Source of the DNA: Candidatus Hydrogenedentota bacterium
GTDB taxonomy: Bacteria; Hydrogenedentota; Hydrogenedentia; Hydrogenedentales; CAITNO01
Assembly: GCA_903893795.1 (NCBI GenBank)
Contig: CAITNO010000074.1
Location: forward strand, 18,766 to 82,765
Reading direction: 5' to 3'
DNA: 64,000 bases
In this document: positions 18,470 to 28,198 of the stretch, piece by piece
Numbering within the stretch: the stretch's first letter is position 1
Layout of the letters: each line of letters starts with the position of its first letter
Position numbers and translations under genes: made by a program
Notes under the pieces: generated by a model
The model's database searches: none
The model's input: only the letters and a program-made list of their open reading frames with translations
What the model was told of the DNA's origin: nothing

Positions 18470-20206
18470 TCATTTCCCCCTAGTCCCTGCCCCGGCAGGA
18501 CTAATGGGAGCGGCCGCCGACAGCGGAACAAAACGCGCCGTGATTACGCAATACCCCGGCAGCAGCACGTCGGCTTCCTCTTTGCCTTCCTGCCCCGGCG
18601 CACCATCCCACGCGGCGATCTTCCATCCCTGGGCCGGCCGTGCATGCAGGCTCATCATGGTTCCCCTGGGTCGGATGTAATCGCCAGGCTTGGGGTCAAC
18701 GGTTCCCTCGCCCTCGACGCGCAGGGTGAACAGGACATTGTCGCAGGAGCCGGAGCTGTGGATGCGCAGTCCCTGCGCCTCCAGTTTGGGCACCTGCTCG
18801 CACACAAAATCGCTGGGCAGGGGATTGCCCTGCATGGCCACATCAAGTTCCTGGTTGCCGGATTCCCAAAGCTCCGTTATCGGCTTGATGTCCGCAATGG
18901 CGTTGCCGCGCAGATCCGCCTCGCGCATATTCTTGAACTGCTGCAGGCCGGCGACCGAACGGATGCGGGACTCGCGCCGTCCCCATTCCAGGGTCTTGAC
19001 TTCCAGCAACTCCTCTTTCGTCAGCGGTCCGTTCCACTTGTCCAGCGCCATGCGCACGGCGCATTCGAGCACCGGGTCGGGAATCAGCGCGCGCGGCTCC
19101 AGGGGCAGCACACCCGTGCGGCACATATCGGCGTATTCGCCGGCCAGGATGAACACGCCGCCGCCCGCGGTCACGCGGTCGAGAATATCGAGAAAGGGGT
19201 CCCAGCCCTTCATGAACGGCTCGAGCGGCGGATGCACCTGCAGTATGACCATTTTTTGCGCGGGGTCGTGGCTTTTCAGGTAGCAGTCCACGCTGGGCAC
19301 ACCGTCCGAACCCTCTATTTCACCGCCGCCGCGGGGAATGACAAAAAGCCCCGAATTGCCCCATCCGGAAAACCAGACGTCGATGTCCTGCCCCACGTCG
19401 CGCAGCGCGGTGATGGTGGTCTTGTCCCACTTGTTGAAAGGCGCGCCGAAAGTGCGCATGCGGATGCCAAACACATCATGCACGATCTGCTGGCTCCGCG
19501 CGAGATGGGCAAGCTGCTCCTCCAGCGGCGTGCCCTGAAATTCATAGACCGTGCCGGGCGGCAGGCCGTTTCTGCCCTGGGCCATTTCGGGCGTCATCAT
19601 GTTCCACACGACCTTGGAGAGCGGGTCGTTGGGCAGCGTGCGCGCGTGGTCGCAGCCATGATTGAAGAACTCGACCAGTCCGCTGGCCTGCCAGGTGCCC
19701 ACCCAGCGCCGGAATTCTGCGCCCGCATCGGCCACCTGGTCTGCAATGATACCCACGGAGGTCTTGATGCCCCGGTGCACGACCACCTCGTTTATATAGC
19801 GCCTCCAGCGCTCCGCGCGGTCTGCCGGCGTGGCGCAAAAATCGTCCGCCTTCAGCAGCACCAGTTGGCGGTACACCAGCACGGGTGCCGCGGTTTCCGT
19901 CCAAACCCTGTCGCCCTCCCGAACAACGAAGTGGACAAAGGCACGGCCCGCCCTGTCCGACGGGGTGAACAGGTAGCCGCCGTCGGCCTCGCGCAGCGAC
20001 CCTGCCGAGGCGGTGCATTCGACCTTGGCGCCTTCCGGCATGGCGTCGGTCCAGGTCACGTCAATGCGTGCGGTCTCGCCGATGCGCACATAGGGGGGAT
20101 GCACGGCAATCTGCACGGGCGACGCCGCGCAGAGCGACGCCGTCAGCAACCCAACGGCCGCCGCCACCAGCGTGACGGCGGGTCGTGGGCTGTACGAACG
20201 TGTCAT
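18470..20206 (-). CDS. deacetylase-LRR paralog 3 (no C-terminal anchor)
   Basis: LLKADD, FFNHGCDH, GAPFNKWD, LQVHP, LECAVRMAL; start placed 8 nt after the upstream stop. Confidence 0.7.
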   Translation of the reverse strand: MTRSYSPRPAVTLVAAAVGLLTASLCAASPVQIAVHPPYVRIGETARIDVTWTDAMPEGAKVECTASAGSLREADGGYLFTPSDRAGRAFVHFVVREGDRVWTETAAPVLVYRQLVLLKADDFCATPADRAERWRRYINEVVVHRGIKTSVGIIADQVADAGAEFRRWVGTWQASGLVEFFNHGCDHARTLPNDPLSKVVWNMMTPEMAQGRNGLPPGTVYEFQGTPLEEQLAHLARSQQIVHDVFGIRMRTFGAPFNKWDKTTITALRDVGQDIDVWFSGWGNSGLFVIPRGGGEIEGSDGVPSVDCYLKSHDPAQKMVILQVHPPLEPFMKGWDPFLDILDRVTAGGGVFILAGEYADMCRTGVLPLEPRALIPDPVLECAVRMALDKWNGPLTKEELLEVKTLEWGRRESRIRSVAGLQQFKNMREADLRGNAIADIKPITELWESGNQELDVAMQGNPLPSDFVCEQVPKLEAQGLRIHSSGSCDNVLFTLRVEGEGTVDPKPGDYIRPRGTMMSLHARPAQGWKIAAWDGAPGQEGKEEADVLLPGYCVITARFVPLSAAAPISPAGAGTRGK

Positions 20207-20213
20207 GCGCGTC

Positions 20214-23200
20214 TCAGTCTGTTGAGAAGCGATAAATGGTCTTCTGTGCATAGGTTTCGCCGGGGCGCAGGATGCCGGTGGGCCAACCCTCTTTGCCCTG
20301 CTTGTTGGCCGAATCGGGGAAATGCTGGGTTTCCAGGCAGAAACCGTTGCGGTAGTTGTACACCGCGCCGCTCTTGCCCACGTTGGTGCCGTCCAGGAAA
20401 TTGCCGCAGTAGAACTGCATCCCCGGCTGGGTGGTCCAGACCTCCATGACGCGTCCGCTCTCCGCCTCATGCACCTTTGCGGCCAGTGTAAGCTCGCCGG
20501 GCTTGGCCTTGTCGAGCACCCAGTTGTGGTCGTATCCCAGGCCGAACTTGATCTGTTCGTCGTCCGCGTCGTTCACCCGCGCGCCGATGGTTTCGGGCTT
20601 GGTGAAGTCCATCGGGGTGCCCGCCACCGGCCGTAGTTCGCCCGTCGGGATGAGCGTTTCGTCCACGGGGGTGAACCGCGACGCGTTGATCATGATCTCG
20701 TGCCCCAGTATGTCACCGGCATCGTGACCGCGCAGGTTGAAATAGGCGTGGTTGGTGAGGTTGATCGGCGTCGCCTTGTCCGTTGTCGCCTTGTAGTCCA
20801 GTTCAAACTCGTTGTTGTTGGTCAGCCAGTAGGTCACTTCGGCGTTCAGATTGCCGGGGTACCCCTCCTCGCCGTCGGGGCTGCGGCGGGAAAAGCGCAC
20901 GCCCACGGCGTCGCCGCGGCGCACCGCCTCGGCGTCCCACAGCACCTTGTCGAAACCCTTGAGGCCGCCGTGCAGGTGGTTGAGGTCGTTGTTCACGGCC
21001 AGCGTGTATTCTTTCCCGTCCAGGTTGAACTTGCCCCGGGCGATCCGGTTGCCGACACGCCCGACGAGCGCTCCGAAGTAAGGCGTTTTCTCGATATAGG
21101 CGGGAAGCGAATCATATCCCAGGGTGATATCGGCCAGTTGTCCGTCCTTGCCCGGCACCCAAAGCTCGGTCACGATGCAGCCGTAGTCGGTGACGGACAT
21201 CTTCATGCCTTGGGTGTTAATCAGGGTGTAAAGGGTGGCCGTTCGGCCGTCGGGCAGTTTTCCAAAAGCCTTCTTTTTCACGGTCATCTCCTTGCGCGGT
21301 TCAGGCGTGGCATTTTCAGCGGTCAGCAGCGACATGTCGATGTATTGTCCACCCGATTCCTGGTGGCAGTGGACGGCGATGACATTGTCGCCCTCCTTGA
21401 GCAGTTGCCGCGCCTTTTCGGTCACGTCAAACGCCTGGTACGTGTCGTTCCAGTCCCCGGCGGCCCAAAGTTCCTCGCCGTTCAGAAAGACTTCGGCGCC
21501 GTTGTCGTGGTGGATAATCAGTTCGGCGCGGTCAAAGGCGGCCGTCTCACAGGTGAAGGACTGGCGCAGCCAAATGTCCGAATCGCGCCACACCGTGCGC
21601 GTCCGCCGTTCCCATCCCTCTTTGCGGCCGAAACCACCCTTCCCCTCTTTCCAGTGCCCGTCGTCAAAATCGGGCTGCTGCCAACCCTCGCCCGGATTCT
21701 CCTTGACATGCTTCCAGGGCTTTGCTGCCTCGCCGTCGGGGTTGGCGCCCACCAGCACCCTCCAGTTGATCTCGGCGAATCCGCCGCCCAGCGGCGGCGT
21801 CAATTCATAGGCCGCGGCGCGGGCGTTGGCCGCGCGGATGCGCGCCGTGTCAAATTTGGGCTTGCGGTCGAAGGTGTAGATGCCGTTCTGTTCCTGTTCC
21901 ACGTTGGTCAGTTGCGTGTAGCAGAAGCCGAACATGTACCGGTTGTCCAGCAGCGCGTCGGTCAGCCCTTTGTACCGCTCATAATACTCGTCCAGCGTCT
22001 TCGGGCTGTTGCCGTAACCCCAACCCTTCGCGTCTTCGGTCCAGCCGATGCCGCCGTATTCACTCACGAAGAACGGCACGGGCTTGGACGCGCCGCCGGT
22101 GTAGCGCTCGGGCAGCAGCGTGTCGCCGCACTGCGAATCCCAGCGCGCCTTGAGTGATGCCGGGTTTTGGTCATAATCGTGCGCGTCCAGCACGTCCGGG
22201 TCGGGGTGGCCGTGGTGGTAGCCGCTCGACTCGATCACCGGCCGTGTCGGGTCAATCGCGTGGGTCAGGTCCACGATGACATTCTGAAGTCTCTCGGCCT
22301 CGGGTGGCGTCTCGTTGAAGGGGCACCAACCGATGATGGCCGGGTGGCTGTAGTCGCGCTCCAGGATTTCGCGCCACTCGTTCACCACGGGCAGTTCGCA
22401 GGCCGGGTTCTTGTAATCCAGCCCCCAGTTGGGGAACTCGCCCCATACCAGGTAGCCCAGCTTGTCGGCCCAGTACAGGAAGCGCGGCTCAAACACCTTC
22501 TGGTGCAGGCGTGCGCCGTTGAATCCCGCTTCCATGGACAGTTCAATGTCGTGCTTGAGGGCCTCGTCGTTGGGTGCCGTCCACACGCCGTCGGGATAGA
22601 AGCCCTGGTCCAGCACGGTCCGCTGAAACACGGGCTGCTTGTTGATCAGCAGTGCCCGGCCCTCGATGGTGACCGTGCGCATGCCGAAATAGCTGTCCAG
22701 CCCGTCCACCGCCGCGCCGTCGGCCGCGGACAGGGTGAGGCGCAAATCGTAAAGCTGGGGCGATCCGGGATGCCACAGCCGCATTTCCGACAGGGGAAGC
22801 TCGAGCACCGCATTGCCCCCGGCCACGGCCGTTTCGGCCTTGCCCACGTCGCGGCCGTCGATCTTGGCCACGGCCCGCAGCATCATGCCGGACGAAAAGC
22901 CCTCCACATGCACCCAAAGCCGCGCGCGGGCGCGGTCCGGGTCGGGCGTCACGCGGAAGTTTTCAATGTAGGAAGTGCCCACGGCCTCGAGCCATACGGT
23001 CTGCCAGATGCCCGTGGTGCGCGTGTACATGCAGCCGAAGCTTTCGTTCTTGGGCGACTGCTTGCCCCCGGCCTGCACACCCGAACGCACATCGTCAAAG
23101 GCATGAATGACCACGGTGTTTTCGCCGGACTTGAGCAGGGGTGTGATGTCGAAGGCGAAGGCCGCGCTGCCGCCGGTGTGCGTGCCGGCCGCCTTGCCGT

Positions 23201-23570
23201 TCACCCATGCCGTGGTTTTCCAGTCGCAGGCGCCCACATGCAGCATCACACGCTTGCCCGACCAGCCGCCCGGCACGTCCACGCTGCGGCGGTACCAGAC
23301 GTTGCGCACAAAACCCTTGCGCGCCAGGCCGGACAGCTCGCTCTCACGGCAGAAGGGCACGATGATCTTGTCCGGATATTCCGCGTCAGGGGCCAGTAAG
23401 GACGCATCGTTGTCATCCGTCTCGGCGAATTCCCATTCCCCGTTCAGGTTCATCCACTGGGCGCGCACCATGTCCGGCCGGGGATGTTCGGGCCGGGGAA
23501 TATCCACCGCACCGGCCATGCCGGACGTCAACAGGGTCGCACACACGCACGCCGCAAAATACCGTGCCAT
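20214..23570 (-). CDS. GH2 glycoside hydrolase fused to C-terminal aldose 1-epimerase (galM-like)
   Basis: PRPEHPRP..NLNGEW, LDQGFYPDG, WCPFNE, SEYGG (GH2); GRVGNRI, HLHGG, TNHAYFNL, CLETQHFPD (mutarotase); GGAG RBS before 23570. Confidence 0.85.
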   Translation of the reverse strand: MARYFAACVCATLLTSGMAGAVDIPRPEHPRPDMVRAQWMNLNGEWEFAETDDNDASLLAPDAEYPDKIIVPFCRESELSGLARKGFVRNVWYRRSVDVPGGWSGKRVMLHVGACDWKTTAWVNGKAAGTHTGGSAAFAFDITPLLKSGENTVVIHAFDDVRSGVQAGGKQSPKNESFGCMYTRTTGIWQTVWLEAVGTSYIENFRVTPDPDRARARLWVHVEGFSSGMMLRAVAKIDGRDVGKAETAVAGGNAVLELPLSEMRLWHPGSPQLYDLRLTLSAADGAAVDGLDSYFGMRTVTIEGRALLINKQPVFQRTVLDQGFYPDGVWTAPNDEALKHDIELSMEAGFNGARLHQKVFEPRFLYWADKLGYLVWGEFPNWGLDYKNPACELPVVNEWREILERDYSHPAIIGWCPFNETPPEAERLQNVIVDLTHAIDPTRPVIESSGYHHGHPDPDVLDAHDYDQNPASLKARWDSQCGDTLLPERYTGGASKPVPFFVSEYGGIGWTEDAKGWGYGNSPKTLDEYYERYKGLTDALLDNRYMFGFCYTQLTNVEQEQNGIYTFDRKPKFDTARIRAANARAAAYELTPPLGGGFAEINWRVLVGANPDGEAAKPWKHVKENPGEGWQQPDFDDGHWKEGKGGFGRKEGWERRTRTVWRDSDIWLRQSFTCETAAFDRAELIIHHDNGAEVFLNGEELWAAGDWNDTYQAFDVTEKARQLLKEGDNVIAVHCHQESGGQYIDMSLLTAENATPEPRKEMTVKKKAFGKLPDGRTATLYTLINTQGMKMSVTDYGCIVTELWVPGKDGQLADITLGYDSLPAYIEKTPYFGALVGRVGNRIARGKFNLDGKEYTLAVNNDLNHLHGGLKGFDKVLWDAEAVRRGDAVGVRFSRRSPDGEEGYPGNLNAEVTYWLTNNNEFELDYKATTDKATPINLTNHAYFNLRGHDAGDILGHEIMINASRFTPVDETLIPTGELRPVAGTPMDFTKPETIGARVNDADDEQIKFGLGYDHNWVLDKAKPGELTLAAKVHEAESGRVMEVWTTQPGMQFYCGNFLDGTNVGKSGAVYNYRNGFCLETQHFPDSANKQGKEGWPTGILRPGETYAQKTIYRFSTD

Positions 23571-23613
23571 AGATCTGTTCTCCATTGTTCGGGGTTCAGC
23601 AATTTCACGAGTC

Positions 23614-23727
23614 GTGGACGGCGTGGACATGGCGGACTTTGTGGACGCAGTGGACGAAAACGGAACAGACGCGCTGTGTCCTGTTGTCCGCCTCGTCCAC
23701 AGAGTCCACCCGGTCCACAACGTCCAC
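23614..23727. repeat. inverted array of 9-bp-period GTGGAC / GTCCAC units
   Basis: five G(T/C)GGAC units at 23614-23650 mirrored by five GTCC(A/G)C units at 23686-23722. Confidence 0.8.
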
Positions 23728-23741
23728 AGGTGATGAGCCAC

Positions 23742-26165
23742 TTATTCTACTTCTTTCAGCTTCCACTCCAGTATGCCGCCGGAGAATCCCTCCTGCAGAC
23801 GCACCTGAAGACGCAGGGCGGAGGTTTTCACAGGTTTGAAGGAAACGTCACTCCAATGGTCTTTGTTGACCGCATATTCGCCGTCTGCGTCCACTTTTCG
23901 CCAGTTTTCGCCTTCTTTGCGGAGGACCTGCCACTTTGCGGGGACGCGGCATCCGCCGTTGGGCCCGTCGTCATACCAGTAGACACTGCAACCCGACACG
24001 GTGGTTTCACCGGGGAAGTCGTATTGCACCCATTCCGTGCTGCCCTTCTTGTCCCACCAGGTGAAACGCGGAATGGACTGGTCACGGGAGTCTTTCGGTT
24101 CGCGACCGTCGGAAAGGGCCGCAACGGTGTCGGCCTGGAAGGTGTGGGAGGCCGTGGCGGTGCTCTTGGACATAAGGGTCACCGGCGGCGCGGGCTGGGC
24201 CTTGTCGGCCGTGGAGGCCATCCACACCGCCATGTCGCCGGTGCCTCGGTGTCCCCAGGCGTAATTGGGAATGGCCACCATCGGCCACTCCACATCGTTT
24301 ACCGCATTATTCTCGCCGCGTTGCAGTGCGCGGGCCATGCCCGTGATCACCTGCACACCGTGGAGCAGGTCGGCGCGGAATTCGGTTGCCAATGGGGCGT
24401 TGTCGGGCAGATAGAGGCTGAGCGCGTGGCCGCCGTTGTCGATGCCCTCGGTGCAGAAGACAATCGGGCCGCGCTCCAACGCCACCCGGCCGCGGTCATC
24501 CTCGACCGCTTCGTGGGCCAGCACGCGCCGGACCGGCATGTCGAGTGTCAGTTCCACCTTGTCGCCCGCCTTCCACGCGCGGTGGATAACCGCATAGCCC
24601 TTTTCAATTTGCAGGGCGAGTGGTTTGCCATTGATGGACAGTTGGGGACTGGCGGCATTGGCGTCCATGTAGCGGTAGAGGTCGGACGGCACGGGCCTGC
24701 CCTGCGCCCAACCGGGGATGCGCAGACACAGGCCGAAGGTCCCGGCCTTGTCCGGCGTTACCGTCAACGCCACGGTCCCGTCCCAGGGATAATTCGTCTC
24801 CTGCCCAATCTTCACCGTGCCGAAGGGGGCTTCCACCTCAGCCTCGCCGCCCATGTAGAGGCTCACGTAAATTCGGTCTTTCTCCACGGCATAGGCCGCG
24901 CCGGGCAGTGAAGGGACAAAGCGCACATCGTTGGTGGGACAGCAGGAGCAGCCGAACCAGGGCGAGCGCTTGTAGGAGCCCTCAACAATGAGCGGATTGG
25001 GATAGAAAAAGGTGTCGCCTTCCATGGACAGGCCGGAGAGGAAGCCGTTGTAGATAATCCGCTCGAACACGTCCATGTACTTGCCGTCGCCGTGGAGCAG
25101 GAACATGCGCTGGTTCCACAGCGCGTTGGCGATGGCGGCGCAGGTCTCACAGTAGGCCGTTTTATTCGGCAGTTCGTAGTTTGCGCCAAAAGCCTCGCCC
25201 TCTTGTTTCGCCCCTACACCGCCGGTGAGGTACATCTTCTTCGAGACCATGTTCTCCCAAAGCCGGTCAATGGCGTCGATGTATTCGGGCTTTCCCGTGA
25301 GCGCCGCCACGTCGGCCACGCCGGAATAGAAATAGCCGGCGCGCACGGCATGGCCCACGACCTCGTCCATCTGGAGAATGGGCTTCTCGTCGGAACAATA
25401 GGGACCCCAGACCTCGCGGTGTTCTTTGTTGCCGTGCTGGTCCACGAAGAACTTCGCGAGGTTCAGGTATTTGGCGTCGCCGGTGGCGCGATAGAGTTTG
25501 GCCAGCGCCAGTTCGATTTCCGGATGGCCGCAGATGCCATATTTCTTGCCCTCGCCGAAGCTGCGATCCAGCAGGTCGCCGCATTTGATGGCCACCTCAA
25601 GGAACGTCCGCCGTCCCGTCGCCTGGTAATGCGCCACGGCGGCCTCGATCATGTGACCCATGCAGTACATCTCGTGGCAGTCTTTGAGGTTGGCCCAACG
25701 GAAGTCGCCGCAGTTGGCCGGATGTTCCGGATCAATCGTCCGCGCCGTGTAGAGGTACCCGTCCGGTTCCTGCGCCTCTGCGAAGAGCGTCACCAGGTTT
25801 TCCAGGTACTTGTCCAGCGCCGGGTCGGGCTGAATCGCCAGCGTGTAGGCCGCGCCCTCGCAGACCTTATATACGTCCGAATCGTCGAAGAAGATGCCCT
25901 TGTGCTTGCCCGGCTTGAGCTTGGCCGCCTTTTCGAAGTTTTCGATGCGGCCCGTCTCCTCGCACTTGCGCCAGTTGGCGGGCAGGGTGGACGTCCGGTT
26001 CGTCTCCAAACGCACCCCCCAGAATCCGCCGTTCACCTTCACCTTGTTGAACTTCACCGGCGTGATGGGATAGTCCTGCGGGGGAGCCCCCTGCGCCATT
26101 GCGGTCGCGCCCGAAAGAACCGGAATCAGTGCCATGCCCAGTATGATCCTCCAAAAAACCATCAC
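23742..26165 (-). CDS. GH127 beta-L-arabinofuranosidase family protein with C-terminal discoidin-like domain
   Basis: DSDVYK, HEMYCMGH, GHPEIE, GHAVRA, YCETCA, CSCCPTN, RIPGW. Confidence 0.9.
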   Translation of the reverse strand: MMVFWRIILGMALIPVLSGATAMAQGAPPQDYPITPVKFNKVKVNGGFWGVRLETNRTSTLPANWRKCEETGRIENFEKAAKLKPGKHKGIFFDDSDVYKVCEGAAYTLAIQPDPALDKYLENLVTLFAEAQEPDGYLYTARTIDPEHPANCGDFRWANLKDCHEMYCMGHMIEAAVAHYQATGRRTFLEVAIKCGDLLDRSFGEGKKYGICGHPEIELALAKLYRATGDAKYLNLAKFFVDQHGNKEHREVWGPYCSDEKPILQMDEVVGHAVRAGYFYSGVADVAALTGKPEYIDAIDRLWENMVSKKMYLTGGVGAKQEGEAFGANYELPNKTAYCETCAAIANALWNQRMFLLHGDGKYMDVFERIIYNGFLSGLSMEGDTFFYPNPLIVEGSYKRSPWFGCSCCPTNDVRFVPSLPGAAYAVEKDRIYVSLYMGGEAEVEAPFGTVKIGQETNYPWDGTVALTVTPDKAGTFGLCLRIPGWAQGRPVPSDLYRYMDANAASPQLSINGKPLALQIEKGYAVIHRAWKAGDKVELTLDMPVRRVLAHEAVEDDRGRVALERGPIVFCTEGIDNGGHALSLYLPDNAPLATEFRADLLHGVQVITGMARALQRGENNAVNDVEWPMVAIPNYAWGHRGTGDMAVWMASTADKAQPAPPVTLMSKSTATASHTFQADTVAALSDGREPKDSRDQSIPRFTWWDKKGSTEWVQYDFPGETTVSGCSVYWYDDGPNGGCRVPAKWQVLRKEGENWRKVDADGEYAVNKDHWSDVSFKPVKTSALRLQVRLQEGFSGGILEWKLKEVE

Positions 26166-26295
26166 TGCGCCCTCCGTTGGGGGTTGGAATCACGGGCCCG
26201 GCGGAAGCGCCAGACCGGAACCTGACAATATACCGGGAATGGAGGGCAGGGGCAAACCGATAATTGAATTGCTGAAATTCCGTATGCGGGCGGCA

Positions 26296-27852
26296 TTAAC
26301 CGCCACCGTCCGGGCGGGTGTTGTCCAATCCCCCATAAGAGTTTTGCACGGCCTGTTCCAGGCGATCTATCTCTTCGTCGGAGAGGAAATCAAAGTCCTT
26401 GGTGCGTCTCCTTGGGGAAAGCCGCCCGTTGTTTTGCAGGCAGAAACGAATGAAGAGGTCGAGTCTTCGGTCAGGCAGGTCCACAACCTCTTGAATCGCC
26501 GACTTGGCCCGATCATAGTTGGCCAGGAACAGCAGCTCATCCGCAAGTTCCGTCTCAATGGTCCGTTTGATGAACTCAAAGAGGGATTCCGCCTGCGGCG
26601 TCATGTCCATATAACGGTACCAGACGTCTGTGTCGTTGAGAACCGTCATGCGGCCGTCTTCGTCCAGCGAATATCTAACGAGTGCCATGAGGGGCCGCGA
26701 AAACGCCTCAAGGGACGCATCGTAATCGTCCGCATTTTTCAGCATGGATGCGGACACGGGGAACATGACGCCCTTGGGGGTGAAACCGCGCCGGGCCAGA
26801 ATGTTGTGGATGAGAAACCGGTGAATCCGCCCGTTGCCGTCCTCGAAGGGATGCAGGAAGACGAATCCATAAGCGATGGCGGCGGCATGAATTACCGCGG
26901 ACACCATCCCCCCATCCATGCGCCGATGGGCGGCCACAAGACCTTCCGCCAAATCACTCAAATCTTCGGGCTTGGGCGGCACAAAATGTATTCGTTCCGA
27001 CTGCCACGCAACCGCCTCGCCGACGTAATTCTGAGTATGCCTATAGTCTGCATCCTTAAACCGTTCATCAACAATGCGGTTCTGCAGCGCAATCAGCCGC
27101 CCCTTTTCGCAGAAGTCCTCCTGCTCGGCCAATTCAAGAAGCGACACAAAACGTTCCACCCGGGTCGGATTGGGTGTGATGTGCTCGATCTCGAACGAAG
27201 ATTTTGTTTCTTTGGCGTAGAGGTAGCCCAACGCCCGCTTGATGATCTCGGGTGTGTAGTCGGACACCACCTGCCGGCAACGCCCGGGAAGGTCGGCCAA
27301 CTCGAAACCTTCAAGGACTTCCGTGCGGCGCACCAGGGGGCAGAACTGACGATTCCCCGGCAGATTGTCATTGACGCGCTGGCGGGCCGCCCGGCGGCCA
27401 GGAGTGACCGTGTGGTATTTGTCCGGTTCAAGCAGGTCCACATAATTGCCCTGCTTTAGGTCATCCAGCGGAAGCGTCTTACCCATCAACATTTCATACA
27501 GAAACCAAATGCGTCTCGCGTACTTGCCGCCCGGCTTGGACCGGATCAGTGCGAGAATTTCCTCTTCTTCCGCTCTTTGAAACAAAACAGCGAGAATGGC
27601 GAGATTGGTGCCGTCGTACTTGAGGGCAAATTCGAGATGCTCCCCCACCGAGTCACCCGACCAATATGAGGAAGGATAGGTTTCCTCAAGCACCTCACCG
27701 ACCCTGTCAACGCGGTGGATCGCGCCGGTGCCAATGATTGACCGATGCCAGTTTGGAATCACCTCAAGGTCGTACCGCTCGATGAGTGCGGCATATCCCG
27801 CGCGTTTGAGCGCTGCAGGATCGCGACTCTTTTCAACCATAACCGGCTCCAA
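26296..27852 (-). CDS. Fic family protein (ATG alternative at 27840)
   Basis: canonical HPFEDGNGRIHR motif; upstream SFEIE resembles the (S/T)xxxE inhibitory motif; lower GC. Confidence 0.9.
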   Translation of the reverse strand: MEPVMVEKSRDPAALKRAGYAALIERYDLEVIPNWHRSIIGTGAIHRVDRVGEVLEETYPSSYWSGDSVGEHLEFALKYDGTNLAILAVLFQRAEEEEILALIRSKPGGKYARRIWFLYEMLMGKTLPLDDLKQGNYVDLLEPDKYHTVTPGRRAARQRVNDNLPGNRQFCPLVRRTEVLEGFELADLPGRCRQVVSDYTPEIIKRALGYLYAKETKSSFEIEHITPNPTRVERFVSLLELAEQEDFCEKGRLIALQNRIVDERFKDADYRHTQNYVGEAVAWQSERIHFVPPKPEDLSDLAEGLVAAHRRMDGGMVSAVIHAAAIAYGFVFLHPFEDGNGRIHRFLIHNILARRGFTPKGVMFPVSASMLKNADDYDASLEAFSRPLMALVRYSLDEDGRMTVLNDTDVWYRYMDMTPQAESLFEFIKRTIETELADELLFLANYDRAKSAIQEVVDLPDRRLDLFIRFCLQNNGRLSPRRRTKDFDFLSDEEIDRLEQAVQNSYGGLDNTRPDGGG

Positions 27853-27880
27853 ATTTGTATATTCTCCCGCAACACCACGA

Positions 27881-27943
27881 AAAAACGATTACAAATCTGA
27901 AAATACACTTACAAGACGGGACTTGTCAAGAAAAACGATTACA
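27881..27943 (-). promoter_or_regulatory. putative fic promoter bracketed by 13-bp direct repeats
   Basis: minus-strand TTGACA (27924-27929), 18 nt, TATTTT; aaaaacgattaca at 27881-27893 and 27931-27943. Confidence 0.5.
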
Positions 27944-28198
27944 GAATTGGCAAATGCAGAAAAAACAGTTTGTCGCGCAAGTACTGGAATCCCGCAACAC
28001 TATTCCGTGAAATTCAGTAACGCGACACTTGCCCATGCAAAGAATAGGGCCGTGGACGTCATAATCACCGGGGTAAGCAGCATGACCAGCACGTCCTTTC
28101 TTCCCGGCCACCGCTTGGCAAGCCATGCGCAGACAAGCACCCATAGGCTGTCCAGAAAACCATGATACATCCCAGTTCGGCTTTCATATACACTCTCC

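Noticed and set aside
23614-23727. CRISPR array
   Set aside because: Units are 6 bp with 3-bp spacers and are inverted; no cas genes present.
28000-28170. Small hydrophobic ORF (MYHGFLDSLW..., minus strand)
   Set aside because: No clear RBS or recognisable family; cannot be supported from sequence alone.
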